This document shows, piece by piece, positions 28,698 through 43,797 of a stretch of DNA of 64,000 bases (positions are counted from its first letter, which is position 1; the number at the start of each line of letters is the position of its first letter). The position numbers were made by a program, and so were the translations under genes. The stretch comes from an uncultured Actinomycetes bacterium (GTDB lineage Bacteria > Actinomycetota > Thermoleophilia > UBA2241): the NCBI GenBank assembly GCA_963725665.1, contig CAVRZA010000011.1, forward strand, positions 553,914-617,913, written 5' to 3'. The notes under the pieces were generated by a model, which saw nothing but the letters and a program-made list of their open reading frames with translations, did not search any database and was not told where the DNA came from.

Positions 28698-28739
28698 GTC
28701 CAACCTTCAGTCCCCAAGCCAAGTAGGCGATTCGTAATT

Positions 28740-28805
28740 AGGCTACCCGTGGGTGTGTTAAGGACGTGTGAAGCGAACGCACCAGAACATAAAGGTTCTG
28801 TTAAG
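28740..28805 (-). promoter_or_regulatory. Composite promoter copy B (drives sp3 and possibly the kinase)
   Basis: In gene orientation: CTTAAC-agaac-CTTTAT-N15-CTTCAC-acgtc-CTTAAC-acacccacGGG-TAGCCT. Confidence 0.65.
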
Positions 28806-28909
28806 ACGCAGCGCCCGTCCGGGCCCCACGATGTCCGGCAAGTAGTAGCGCGTTAGGCGTCGCTGGCCCCGCGCGACGATCGGCCGGGCCTCCGCGCCTC
28901 GCGCATCAT

Positions 28910-29431
28910 TCAGGCGGCGCGCCGGCGGCCTTGTTGATCCGGTCCGGTGTCCGGTCGCGGGACGATGCCGCCCACGCGCTGCCTGTAGTCGCGATAGTCG
29001 TCGCCGAAGACGGCTTCAAGGTGCGCCTCTTCCCTCGGTATCAGGAGTCGGTACAGGCCGTACGCGACGAACGGGATACTCAGGCCGGGCCACGAAGCGA
29101 CGACGATGACGACCGCCGGGCAGACCAAGAAGATGTAGGCCGCGTAGATGGGGTGGCGTATGTGCCGGAAGGGGCCGTCGGTGACGAGTCGTCCAGTGGC
29201 CCCCGCCTCGCGCACCGCCGTGATGGCGCGCACGTAGAGGAGGCCGGCTGCGACGAGCAGGATGACGCTCACGAGGCGCAGCGCGCCGTTGTGCAGCGCC
29301 GCGATGCGGAGCCCCGGAGCGGCGCGGTCGACGGCCACCACCAGCACGATGTAGGCCAGTGCAAGCGTGACCAAGAGCGGGCCCACGCCCATGGTCGAGC
29401 GCGAAGGGTTGAAGTAGACGCGTCGAGCCAT
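28910..29431 (-). CDS. Isoprenylcysteine carboxyl methyltransferase (ICMT)/phospholipid methyltransferase family membrane protein
   Basis: GPFRHIRHPIYAAYIF...EEAHLEAVFGDDYRDYRQRV. Track ORF trimmed to ATG 29431. Confidence 0.75.
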   Translation of the reverse strand: MARRVYFNPSRSTMGVGPLLVTLALAYIVLVVAVDRAAPGLRIAALHNGALRLVSVILLVAAGLLYVRAITAVREAGATGRLVTDGPFRHIRHPIYAAYIFLVCPAVVIVVASWPGLSIPFVAYGLYRLLIPREEAHLEAVFGDDYRDYRQRVGGIVPRPDTGPDQQGRRRAA

Positions 29432-29581
29432 GACGAGCGCTTGATTCCCGCAGCGCGGTCTAGGCAACGCGCCGGGCGTTTGCGCGGCGGTCGTCGTGAT
29501 CGACGACCGCCGCATCCCTCGGTGTCAGTTCGGAGCTCGTCGCGCCGACTGACCGGTCGGCGCGACCGAGCCGGAGACTCC

Positions 29582-31135
<1,554 letters not shown>

Positions 31136-31136
31136 G

Positions 31137-31167
31137 AAAAAACGGCCTTCCTTTCGCGAGAAGGCCG
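31137..31167 (-). promoter_or_regulatory. Intrinsic-terminator-like hairpin + U6 ending 1 nt before the helicase ATG; the SD lies in its 3' arm
   Basis: Minus strand: CGGCCUUC-ucgcgaaag-GAAGGCCG-UUUUUU-C-AUG. Confidence 0.6.
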
Positions 31168-31436
31168 CCGGTTACAATCGAGCTTCTCTGTCAGTTTGGG
31201 TTCTTCTGTGGGGAGGAGCCCCGTCGCGCCCTATGGGCGACGGAAGGACACTGAACCGGCTCCCCGATACTTACGATGGCAACAATAGCAAGTCTTGCCG
31301 GCGCTTACAAGGACGAAACCCCAGCACAGCAGGAATGAGAAGGTCGAACGTGCCGGCCACGGTCGTGCCGGAGACCGTCGCGGGTGGCGGATGTCGTCCC
31401 CGTCAAGCCCCGCCGACCGGCGGGTCAAGAGCTGTT

Positions 31437-31730
31437 TCAGGTACCTCCGCCGGGAATCACGCCGGAGCGCGATGCCATGATCCACAGCGTCAGGCTGATG
31501 GCCGCCAGCGTGACCCCAAAGACGATCGTGTCCCAGCGCGTGCGGCCGCGGTAGGCGGCGTACGCCGCGTAGAGGCCCAGCGCGAGCGCACCGAGGTCGG
31601 CGCACAGCACCAGGTAGCGGCCGGTCGTGCCGGCCATGAGCAACGGGCCGGCCAGGAAGCCCAGGACGCCGAGGACGGCACAGGCTGGGCCACCGACGGT
31701 CTCGAGCAGAGTGTCGTCCACGCGTTCCAC
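31437..31730 (-). CDS. Small polytopic membrane protein (97 aa), unknown function
   Basis: Three hydrophobic segments (ACAVLGVLGFLAGPLLMAG, LVLCADLGALALGLYAAYAAY, IVFGVTLAAISLTLWIMA). Confidence 0.55.
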   Translation of the reverse strand: MERVDDTLLETVGGPACAVLGVLGFLAGPLLMAGTTGRYLVLCADLGALALGLYAAYAAYRGRTRWDTIVFGVTLAAISLTLWIMASRSGVIPGGGT

Positions 31731-31916
31731 ACTGCGAGTAGTCGACCGACATGTGTCTCCGCTTGAACTAACGGGATGAACCGAGGCCGGGCGCCGGCCA
31801 AGAGCCCGCCGGCTGGTCGCCTGTTGGTCGTGCCGCTATCCCGCGCTCGCGGGAGCGGTCGTCGCTGTGGCCAGGCGCTACTGCTCGGGATACGCTGAAA
31901 GAGTCCCCGACGGGAG

Positions 31917-32655
31917 GTGTCGGTGTCGCAGGAGTTCTGGTCGCACTGGGCGTGGCCGGCGGCGACGGCCGTGCTCGGGTTCGTCTTCTTCGCACTGGTG
32001 TTCCGCCAGTACCTCCAGCGTCGCCGTCCTCACCAGCTGGCCTGGTCGGTCGGCCTCCTCTTCTATGCCATCGCCGCAGTGATGGAGGCGTGGTCGGAGT
32101 ACACCGGTTCCTGGAACCCGACGGTGTATCGCATCTACATCGTCCTCGCCGCCTCGCTCGTCGGCTTCCTCGGCCTGGGCTCGCTCTACCTTCTCGCGCG
32201 GCGACGCCTGTGGGGCGACCTCTACCTGGTCTTCCTTCTCGTGTGCCTGGCGGTCTTCTTCTACGGGACGTTCACGACGCCGCTGGAGACCGACAAGCTC
32301 GTGCCGGGCATCACGGTCGGCGGCCAGGCGCTCGGTCCGAGCCTCTCGTTCCCGCGCGTGATGTCGCTGCCGTTCAACATCACCGGCTCGATCCTGCTCA
32401 TCGGCGGCGCCGTCATCTCGGTCTGGCGCTTCGCCAAGAAGCGCGAGTTCGCCTACCGCATGTGGGCCAACGTGCTCATCGCCGCTCGGGGCGGTGCTCA
32501 TCGCGGCCGTCGGCTCTCGCGCGCGCCTCGGCGACACGACCGGGCTGTATCCCGGCGGAGATGGTCGCCTCGGCGATGATGATGGCCGGCTTCCTCATGG
32601 CGGGGACGCTGAAGAAGGGGGCGCGGGCGCGCCGCGCCGCCGGCGCGACCGAAGG

Positions 32656-32659
<4 letters not shown>
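31917..32659 (+). pseudogene. Polytopic membrane protein, unknown function; two frame breaks near the 3' end (about 32480 and about 32555)
   Basis: Frame 1 is good up to ...MWANVLIAA. It continues as VLIAAVGSRARLGDTTGLYPG in track ORF 32494.., then as EMVASAMMMAGFLMAGTLKKG...TEG in track ORF 31952..32659. Confidence 0.6.
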
Positions 32660-36352
<3,693 letters not shown>

Positions 36353-36356
<4 letters not shown>

Positions 36357-37300
36357 GCCGGCTCGAGCGTGCGTTCGTAGAAGATCCAGCGCTGGTCGAC
36401 GTGCATGCCGGCGCGCTCGTAGAGGCGGCCGGCGCCCGACTCGTTCTCGGAGTCGACGCCCAGGCCGACGGTCGGCCGACCGCGAGCGTAGAGGGCGGCG
36501 AAAGCGTGCGTGAGGAGGGCGAGGCCGAGGCCGCGGCCCCGCCAGGGGGCGCGCACGCCGAGGCCCTGGACCCAGCCGATGTCGCCGAAGTCGTAAGCCG
36601 CGACGACCCCGGCCACATCCCCGCCGTCCCAGGCGACCAGCCAAAGCGCGGGGTCGAAATCGGGGCGCTTCAGGAGACGCTGCTCCCAGTCCTCGTGTGC
36701 CTGCCGCCGCGCGCGGAACTCGTCGGCGAAGGCCTCATCGAGGGCGGTGTGCACGGCGCGCGCATCGGTCGACGGCTCGAAGACGCGCAGCTCGAGATGA
36801 GCGGGGAGGGGCGCGGGATCCACCGGGCCGGCGAGATCGATGCTCATGCGGAAGAAGGCGCGCGCCGGCGCGAATCCCGCGTCCGTGAGCAGCACGCGCT
36901 TCCACTCGTTGACGGCGGCGCAGAAGACGCCCAAGTGCATGCGCGCGTCGGGCGTCGCGCCGACGACATGCTCGGCGGCGCGCCGCCCGACGCGCCCGAC
37001 AAGCTCACGCCCCAGGTCCCCGCGGCGGTGCGCGGGATGCACGAGTACGTCGGCCTCGATGTCGACGTTGGGCGTGCGCTCCTCGACCCAGGCGTAGGCC
37101 ACGATCTGCTCATCGCGATCGACGGCGAGCCAGGCGTCGCGCTGCAGATCGAAGCTGCGTTGTCCCCACTGCGTGGCCAGGTCCTCGATCGTCGAGTCGG
37201 GCTCGCCGTGCTCGTCGACGTCGCAGGCCACCTGCAGCTCCAGGACGGCGTTGATGTCGTCGTCGGTCGGTGGGCGGATCTGGTAGCCCTGGCCGGTCAC
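36353..37300 (-). CDS. Two-domain GNAT N-acetyltransferase, mycothiol synthase (MshD)-like
   Basis: [15 protein letters not shown]...[13 protein letters not shown]...[10 protein letters not shown]...[22 protein letters not shown] 37300 overlaps the upstream stop. Confidence 0.75.
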
Positions 37301-38880
37301 GCTGTTTCGGTGGCGCCGGGGATCGCGGGACGCGTCTCGGGCGGCGCGCCGGCGAGCACGTCGCGGGCCGCCCGATGTCCGGCCTCGAGGGCGGTCGGCA
37401 CGCCGCCGCGGAAGAGCGCCGAGAGCGCCTGGTGGCCGGCCATGTAGAGGCCGGCTACGGGGGTGAGCACCAGCTCGCGCGGCCGCCAGTCGCCCTCCGT
37501 TGCCGCCCACGACCAGCCGGCCACGGCGCCCTCGGCGCGGCCGCCCCGTTCTTCGAAGGTGAGCGGGGTGGCGACGTCGACGACTCGGACGGCGTCCGTC
37601 AGGCCGGGGACGAGACGCTCGACCTCGTCGGCGAGTGCCTCGCCGAGTCGCCGCTTGTAGGCGGCGTACTCGGGGACGCGCTTGCGCACAGCCGGACGGT
37701 ACCTAGCGAAGTGGGCGTGGTCGGCCTTTGTGCGGATGACCAAGACTGCGCCGTCGCGTGGGGCGAGATGTGCGTCGTCGCGGCTCCAGAGCGCGACCTC
37801 GAGCTCCTGGCGGGCGAGGAGGGCCGGGTCGACTGGACCGGGCGCGGCCCAGTCGACCCGGCCCTCCTCGCCGAGCTCTACCCGAGGGCTGCGGTAGATG
37901 ATCCTGGCACCGTCGTCGAAAGCCGACAGGTCGCAGCGCGAGGCGTCGAGGCCCAACGCGACCTGCAGGTTCGAGGCCGTCTGGCGCGCCGCCGCCACGG
38001 CGGCGCGCCACTCGTCGGGGATCTCACGCGCGTCGAGCAGGCGCAGGACGGTCGTCTTGTAGTCGGCGTCCGAGACGACGGCCTTGGCGTCGACTACGGT
38101 GCCGTCGTCGAGCTCGACTCCCCGTGCGCGGCCGCGCGTGACGCGGATGGCGGCGACGCGACTGCGTAGCCGCACCTCGGCTCCCGCGCCGCGCGCGGCC
38201 GTCCCCAGCCGCTCGCAGAACGCTCCCATACCGCCGGCCGGGTACCAGATGCCGACCTTGCCCATGAGGCGCCACATTGCGGCCAAGAGCGGCAGGCCGA
38301 ACGAGGGAGGTTCCGTTCCCATGGAACCGAGGATGCGTTGCAGCCGCCGGTCGCCGACTGTCCCCGCGAGATACTCGGCGACGAACACGCGCTGCGCCTG
38401 TTCGAGGAGCGCTGCGCCGTGCGGCTGGTCGGGCGACCGGAGTGCCTGAGCAAGTTCGTCCAGGCGGGCAAAGAACGCCCCGATTCCGCGCGCGTCCGCG
38501 GGAAAGCACCGGGTGAGCTCGTCGACCGGCCTTGAGTGCGGCAGCGATAGCGGCGCCTCAACGCCGTAGGCTCGCACGCTGTATGCGACGCGTCTGAAAC
38601 GGAGTCCTTCGCCGAATCCCCCTTCCCCCCCAAGTCGCTCGATACGCCGGCGCACGTAACGTGGCGAGCTGAAACCGAGCGGTCCTGTCGGAAAAGTGAA
38701 TCCCCCTCGCCGGTAGCAGGATGCCGTGCCGCCGACGTGCGGCTCGCCGTCGAGCACGAGCACCGACAGCCCGGCGAGGCCGAGTTCGGCGGCGGCGCAC
38801 AAGCCGCCGACGCCGGCGCCCACGATGACCACATCCCGGCGCTCTGAAGCCTTGGGGCCTGCCGGTCGGGGAGCGCTCAC
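37297..38880 (-). CDS. FAD-dependent oxidoreductase, phytoene desaturase/amine oxidase family
   Basis: Dinucleotide fold DVVIVGAGVGGLCAAAELGLAGLSVLVLDGEPHVGG. GTG 38880 overlaps the upstream stop. The upstream part of the track ORF is junk. Confidence 0.75.
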   Translation of the reverse strand: MSAPRPAGPKASERRDVVIVGAGVGGLCAAAELGLAGLSVLVLDGEPHVGGTASCYRRGGFTFPTGPLGFSSPRYVRRRIERLGGEGGFGEGLRFRRVAYSVRAYGVEAPLSLPHSRPVDELTRCFPADARGIGAFFARLDELAQALRSPDQPHGAALLEQAQRVFVAEYLAGTVGDRRLQRILGSMGTEPPSFGLPLLAAMWRLMGKVGIWYPAGGMGAFCERLGTAARGAGAEVRLRSRVAAIRVTRGRARGVELDDGTVVDAKAVVSDADYKTTVLRLLDAREIPDEWRAAVAAARQTASNLQVALGLDASRCDLSAFDDGARIIYRSPRVELGEEGRVDWAAPGPVDPALLARQELEVALWSRDDAHLAPRDGAVLVIRTKADHAHFARYRPAVRKRVPEYAAYKRRLGEALADEVERLVPGLTDAVRVVDVATPLTFEERGGRAEGAVAGWSWAATEGDWRPRELVLTPVAGLYMAGHQALSALFRGGVPTALEAGHRAARDVLAGAPPETRPAIPGATETA

Positions 38881-39872
38881 GGCGACTCGCGGATCTCCGT
38901 CTCCATGAACAGCGTGGACTGCGCGACACGCATGCCCGCGCGCTGGTATAGGGCGAGCGCCCCGGTCTCGTTCTCGCTGTCGACGCCCAGAACGACCTTC
39001 GTCTGACCGCGCGCCTCGAACCGCGCGAAAGACTCCAGCAACAGCGCCAGGCCGAGCCCACGTCCGCGCCACGGCTTGCGCACAGCGAGATCGTCCACGT
39101 AGCCGCGGTCGGGATTGTCGAGCGCGACGCAGGTCCCCGCCACCTCGGCACCATCCCAGGCTACGAGCCAAAGCCTGGTGTCGAGGCCCGTGTAAGCGAA
39201 CTGATGGCGCTCCCACTCGTCGAGCCTCATGGGAGCGAAGCGGAAGTGCTCGGCGAACGCCTCCTCAAGCGCCTGGTGCACGGCCGATTCGTCGCGCCCG
39301 CGTCGGAACTCGCGCACCTCGATGCCGCCGGGCCAGACGGGTCGGGCAAACCCCTCGCGCAGGTCGATGCGCATTCGGTAGAAGCGTCGCGTCTCGGCCA
39401 AGCCGTGTCTCGCGAGAAGGTCGAGCTTCTCACCGTGCCCCTCCGCGGCGGGGATGCCCAGAAGGACGCGCGCGCCGCCGGCTGCGGCCCGATGCTCCCG
39501 CGACCTCGCCACGATGTGGGCCAGCAGGTGAGCGCTCAGGGCCTCCCGGTGGGGATCCTCGGGGTCGACGTTGAAGTCGCCGTAGAGCTCGACGTGCGGT
39601 CTCTCGTACCAGACCCAGGCATAGCCGGCCGCTCGATCCCCCGGGGACTCGATGAGCCAGGCGTCGCGCTCGAGGTAGAAGCGCGGCAATTGATAGTCGG
39701 CGAGAAGTTCATCCTCGGTGACGTCGGACTCGCCGATGAGCGCTATCTCCTCGGCGCGGATCATCTTCACGATGGCGGCGATGTCGCCGCGCTGCGGCCT
39801 CCGGCAGCGGTAGCCGTCGGGGAGCGGCGCGGCGGAGAGCTGGGGGTGTGTGGGCTCTGAGGGGGCGTCCAT
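38877..39872 (-). CDS. Two-domain GNAT N-acetyltransferase, paralog of 36353..37300
   Basis: [13 protein letters not shown]...[10 protein letters not shown]...GVDSENETGALALYQRAGM. Confidence 0.75.
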   Translation of the reverse strand: MDAPSEPTHPQLSAAPLPDGYRCRRPQRGDIAAIVKMIRAEEIALIGESDVTEDELLADYQLPRFYLERDAWLIESPGDRAAGYAWVWYERPHVELYGDFNVDPEDPHREALSAHLLAHIVARSREHRAAAGGARVLLGIPAAEGHGEKLDLLARHGLAETRRFYRMRIDLREGFARPVWPGGIEVREFRRGRDESAVHQALEEAFAEHFRFAPMRLDEWERHQFAYTGLDTRLWLVAWDGAEVAGTCVALDNPDRGYVDDLAVRKPWRGRGLGLALLLESFARFEARGQTKVVLGVDSENETGALALYQRAGMRVAQSTLFMETEIRESP

Positions 39873-39875
39873 CGG

Positions 39876-40949
39876 TCAGGCCGTGTGCTTGAAGTTGATG
39901 ACGTCGCCGTCCTGCACGACGTAGTCCTTGCCCTCGACGCGCAGCACTCCCCGATCGCGGGCGGCGTGGAACGAGCCGGCCTCGAGCAAAGCTTCGAGGG
40001 GCACCACCTCGGCGCGCACGAAGCGGTTCATGATGTCGGTGTGGATGCGTCCCGCCGCCTGGCGCGCGTTCCAGCCCCGTGGGAGCTGCCAGGCGCGCGA
40101 CTCTGACGACTTGTGGTCGCCGGTGAAGAAGGTGATGTAGCCGAGCACGCGGTAGGCGGCGGCGATGACGTGGTCGAGCCCCGGCGCGACGTCGCCCAGG
40201 TCGGCGCGGAACTCCGCCGCCTCGTCGGGTTCGAGCTCGGCCAGCTCGGCCTCGAGCTTGGCCGAGACGGCGACGACCTCGTCGCCCCGCGCGTGCGCCC
40301 AGGCGACGAGGTCGTCGCCAGGCACGCCGCCCCCGTCGCCGGTGTTGAGCACGAAGAGCACCGGCCGCTCGGTGAGCAGCGCCAGCTCACGGATGAGGGA
40401 CTCTTCGTCGGGAGTGATCTCGACCGAGCGCGCCCGGTGTCCGTCTCGCAGCGCTGCGGCCAGCTTCTCGAGCGTGGTGAGTTCCTTCTGCGCCGCCTTG
40501 TCGCCGGCCTTCGCCGCTTTGCCGGTCTTCTGCATGCGCCGCTCCACGAGCTCGAGGTCGGAGAGGATGAGCTCGGTCTCGACGTCGTCGGCGTCGGCGA
40601 TGGGGTCGAGCGCCGGGCGCACGTGCGGCACGTCGGGATCCTCGAAGGCGCGCAGCACGTGGGCCACCGCGTCGACGCCGCGGATGTCGGCGAGAAAGCG
40701 CAGGCCGAGGCCCTCGCCGGGCGAGCCGCCGCCCATCCCGGGGATGTCGACGACCTCGATCGTGGCGTTGACCTTCTTCGGCGTCTCCAGACGCTCGTGC
40801 AGCCGGTCGAGGCGCTCGTCGGGCACCGACACGACGCCGCGGTTCGCCTGCGCGGCGGTGTACGAGGAGGTCGCCGCGTGGCCGAGCGTGAGTGCGTTGA
40901 ACAGCGTGGTCTTGCCGCTGTTGGGCAGGCCGACGATGCCGAGCTTCAT
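39876..40949 (-). CDS. ychF: Ribosome-binding ATPase YchF (Obg-like)
   Basis: MKLGIVGLPNSGKTTLFNALT...DIPG...C-terminal TGS-like ...GKDYVVQDGDVINFKH. Confidence 0.9.
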   Translation of the reverse strand: MKLGIVGLPNSGKTTLFNALTLGHAATSSYTAAQANRGVVSVPDERLDRLHERLETPKKVNATIEVVDIPGMGGGSPGEGLGLRFLADIRGVDAVAHVLRAFEDPDVPHVRPALDPIADADDVETELILSDLELVERRMQKTGKAAKAGDKAAQKELTTLEKLAAALRDGHRARSVEITPDEESLIRELALLTERPVLFVLNTGDGGGVPGDDLVAWAHARGDEVVAVSAKLEAELAELEPDEAAEFRADLGDVAPGLDHVIAAAYRVLGYITFFTGDHKSSESRAWQLPRGWNARQAAGRIHTDIMNRFVRAEVVPLEALLEAGSFHAARDRGVLRVEGKDYVVQDGDVINFKHTA

Positions 40950-41111
40950 GGCGTCCCCAGGGTCGAGGAGAAGGCGGGCGAGGGCGACGGCGAGCCCGCC
41001 GGGCTCGCCGTCGCCCCGCGCACGGCGCGCCACTCGTTCGTGCCACTCACGAGTTGCTCCAGAGCCTCGGTGTAACTGGCGTTCATCATTCTACGGGCCG
41101 CCCACGGCGGG

Positions 41112-41687
41112 CTACGTCAGCGCCCGGAAGAGGAGCACGAAGACGACCCCGAGGACGCTCCCCAAGGCGACGCCGGCGAGCACGTCGAGCAGGTAGTGCA
41201 CGCCGAGATAGACGCGGCTGAAGCACAGCAGCGCGGTCAGCAGGGCGAGGGCCGGGAGCCACACGGGGTAGAGGCTGCTCATGGTGAGCAGGCCCGCCAT
41301 CCCCATGCTCGCATGCGAGGAGGGGAACGAGTGGCTGCGCGGCAGGGGGATGTGGCCGCCGAGCGTCGGGTCGACGAGCGCCGGCCTCCGGCGACCGACG
41401 ATCAGCTTGAGGCCGTAGGTGATCCACTCGGTGACCAGCACCGACCCGGTGACGAAGACGAAGGTGCGGGCTCCATGACTCGCGCCGGAGATCCAGGGTA
41501 CGGCCGCGATGACGAACCAGAGCAGACCGTAGTTGGCGCTCAGCGAGAGCGCGCCGTAGGGCGCTGTCAGCCAGCGGGGGTGGGGCAGGCGCGCGACCGC
41601 CTGGGTGGCGGCGCGGTCGCGCCGCAGCAGGCGGTCGCGCCGGGTCTCGGCCGGCGAGGCAGCTTCAGGTTGGGCGGGAGAAGGCAT
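41112..41687 (-). CDS. PAP2-family phosphatase (membrane)
   Basis: Motifs KLIVGRRRP, PSSHAS and SRVYLGVHYLLD. Confidence 0.8.
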   Translation of the reverse strand: MPSPAQPEAASPAETRRDRLLRRDRAATQAVARLPHPRWLTAPYGALSLSANYGLLWFVIAAVPWISGASHGARTFVFVTGSVLVTEWITYGLKLIVGRRRPALVDPTLGGHIPLPRSHSFPSSHASMGMAGLLTMSSLYPVWLPALALLTALLCFSRVYLGVHYLLDVLAGVALGSVLGVVFVLLFRALT

Positions 41688-41844
41688 CCCGGCGAGTATA
41701 CGGAAAACGCGCTCTCGGGCGGTGACTCGTGTTCGGCGGACTACCGCGCCGGCTGTGAGAACAGCAGGTGTGGGGACGGCTACCGCGGGGGTGGGGAACG
41801 GCTATACTATCCGGCAGTCCGCGCCACCTATCGACAGGTCCTTT

Positions 41845-42120
41845 ATGCGCACCACCGTCATCGTCACCGCTCTCGGTCCCGATCGCCACGGCCTGCTGGC
41901 GGCGATCGCGAGCACGATCGCCGCCCAGAACGCCAACGTCGACGACGTCAGCCAGACCGTCTCCAACGGCATGTTCACGATGATCATGTTCGTGTCATTC
42001 GACGAGACCGAGACGACGATGGCCGAGCTGCAGGAGGCGCTCGCTAAGAGCGGCGAGGAGATCGGCCTGCAGATCCACGTGCAGCACGAGAACATCTTCA
42101 AGTACATGCACCGCATCTAG
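41845..42120 (+). CDS. ACT domain protein (UPF0237-like)
   Basis: MRTTVIVTALGPDRHGLLAAIASTIAAQNANV... (91 aa). TATACT sits at 41803-41808. Confidence 0.8.
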   Translation: MRTTVIVTALGPDRHGLLAAIASTIAAQNANVDDVSQTVSNGMFTMIMFVSFDETETTMAELQEALAKSGEEIGLQIHVQHENIFKYMHRI

Positions 42121-42154
42121 GGCTCGCCGCCGCCCGCGACCTCCCGAGCAGCCC

Positions 42155-43519
42155 GTGGTCTTCATCACAGCAGAAGAGATCCTCGAGACCGTACGCATGA
42201 TCCAGGCGGAGAACCTGGACGTGCGTGCGGTCACCATGGGCATCTCGCTGCACGACTGCGCCTCACGCAACGTCGACGACGCCTGCCGCCGCGTCTACAA
42301 GAAGATCGTGGCGCGCGGGCGGAGGCTGGTGCCGGTGGCGCGCGAGATCCAGGACAAGTACGGCGTGCCGATCGTCAACCAGCGCATCTCGGTGACGCCG
42401 ATCGCCCAGGTGGTCGCCGGCGACGACGTCGAGGGCTACGTCAAGGTCGCCCACGCGCTTGACGCCGCGGCGCAAGAGATCGGCGTCGACTTCATCGGCG
42501 GCTTCTCCGCCTTGGTGCAGAAAGGCTTCACCAAGGGCGACGCGGCGCTCATCGAAGCCGTGCCGGAGGCCATTGCCGGAACCGAGCGTGTGTGCTCGTC
42601 GGTGAACGTCGCCTCGACGCGCGCCGGCATCAACATGGACGCCGTGCTGAAGATGAGCGAGGTGCTCCTGGCGGTGGCCAGGGCTACCGCCAAGCGTGAT
42701 TCGATCGGCTGCGCCAAGATAGTCACCTTCTGCAACGTGCCCGAGGACAACCCCTTCATGGCCGGAGCCGTCCACGGCGCCGGGGAGCCCGAGGTCAGCG
42801 TCAACGTGGCGATCTCGGGGCCTGGGGTGATCCGCAACGTCGTTGCCAACAATCCCGACATCTCCTTCACCGATCTCGCCGACCTCATCAAGCGCACGAC
42901 GTTCAAGATCACGCGCATCGGGGAGCTCGTGGCGCGCGAGGCGTCCGAGATGCTCGGGGCGCAGATGGGCATCATCGACCTTTCGTTGGCTCCCTCTCCC
43001 AAGGTCGGCGACTCGGTGGCGGAGATCCTTGAGAGCATGGGATTGGAACGTGTGGGCGCCCCCGGCTCGACCGCCGCGCTGGCGCTCCTCAACGATGCCG
43101 TCAAGAAGGGCGGCACGATGGCGACCTCGTCGACCGGAGGTCTCTCGGGAGCGTTCATCCCCGTGAGCGAAGACGCGGGCATGGCGCGGGCGGCCGAGGA
43201 GGGTGTGCTGACCGTCGAGAAGCTCGAGGCGATGACCGCCGTCTGCTCCCTAGGGCTCGACATGATCGTCGTGCCGGGGGACATCTCGCGTGACTCGCTT
43301 GCTGGACTCATCGCCGATGTGATGGCGATCGGCATGATCAACAGCAAGACCACCGGCGCCCGCCTGATCCCCGCTTTCGGCAAGAAGGTCGGCGACCAGG
43401 TCACATTGGGTGGGCTCTTCGGCGCCGCGCCGGTGATGCCGGTCAGCAGCGCCGGCAACGGGGCGTTCATGGCCCGGCGAGGACGGATACCGGCCCCGCT
43501 GCAGAGCCTCACGAACTAG
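42155..43519 (+). CDS. UPF0210/DUF711 (PFL-like) family protein
   Basis: 454 aa. ILETVRMIQAENLDVRAVTMGISL... The pairing with an ACT-domain gene is typical. Confidence 0.8.
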   Translation: MVFITAEEILETVRMIQAENLDVRAVTMGISLHDCASRNVDDACRRVYKKIVARGRRLVPVAREIQDKYGVPIVNQRISVTPIAQVVAGDDVEGYVKVAHALDAAAQEIGVDFIGGFSALVQKGFTKGDAALIEAVPEAIAGTERVCSSVNVASTRAGINMDAVLKMSEVLLAVARATAKRDSIGCAKIVTFCNVPEDNPFMAGAVHGAGEPEVSVNVAISGPGVIRNVVANNPDISFTDLADLIKRTTFKITRIGELVAREASEMLGAQMGIIDLSLAPSPKVGDSVAEILESMGLERVGAPGSTAALALLNDAVKKGGTMATSSTGGLSGAFIPVSEDAGMARAAEEGVLTVEKLEAMTAVCSLGLDMIVVPGDISRDSLAGLIADVMAIGMINSKTTGARLIPAFGKKVGDQVTLGGLFGAAPVMPVSSAGNGAFMARRGRIPAPLQSLTN

Positions 43520-43712
43520 CGGGGCCGCTCACTCCCACTACGTCGAGTAGTTCCGCGCCGCTGCAAGGTTCTACGAACTGGCGGCGCGGGTCGCTCCAGC
43601 TACGTCGATGAAGCCCGGCACCTCAACAGAGACTGCCGAGCTCGCGCCGCCGCCCTTGCCGTTGTCGCGCGCCCAACGCGCGTCGAAAGTGCGGGATGTG
43701 GTGACGGAAATG

Positions 43713-43743
43713 GGAAGGCGGCCGCTATCGGCGGCCGCCTTCC
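43713..43743. terminator. 13-bp perfect hairpin between convergent genes
   Basis: GGAAGGCGGCCGC-tatcg-GCGGCCGCCTTCC. Confidence 0.55.
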
Positions 43744-43797
43744 TGTCCCGAGCGTAGGGGGGGTACGCGCCTCGGGGGTCTTGGTGTTGCTCAAAAC

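Noticed and set aside
31176-31436. Possible tmRNA, SRP RNA, RNase P RNA or 6S RNA in the lower-GC stretch
   Set aside because: There is no tag-ORF ending in ..AA-stop, no GGAAGCAGCC-type SRP motif and no GAGGAAAGUCCGG P4 string. It is better explained as the helicase leader.
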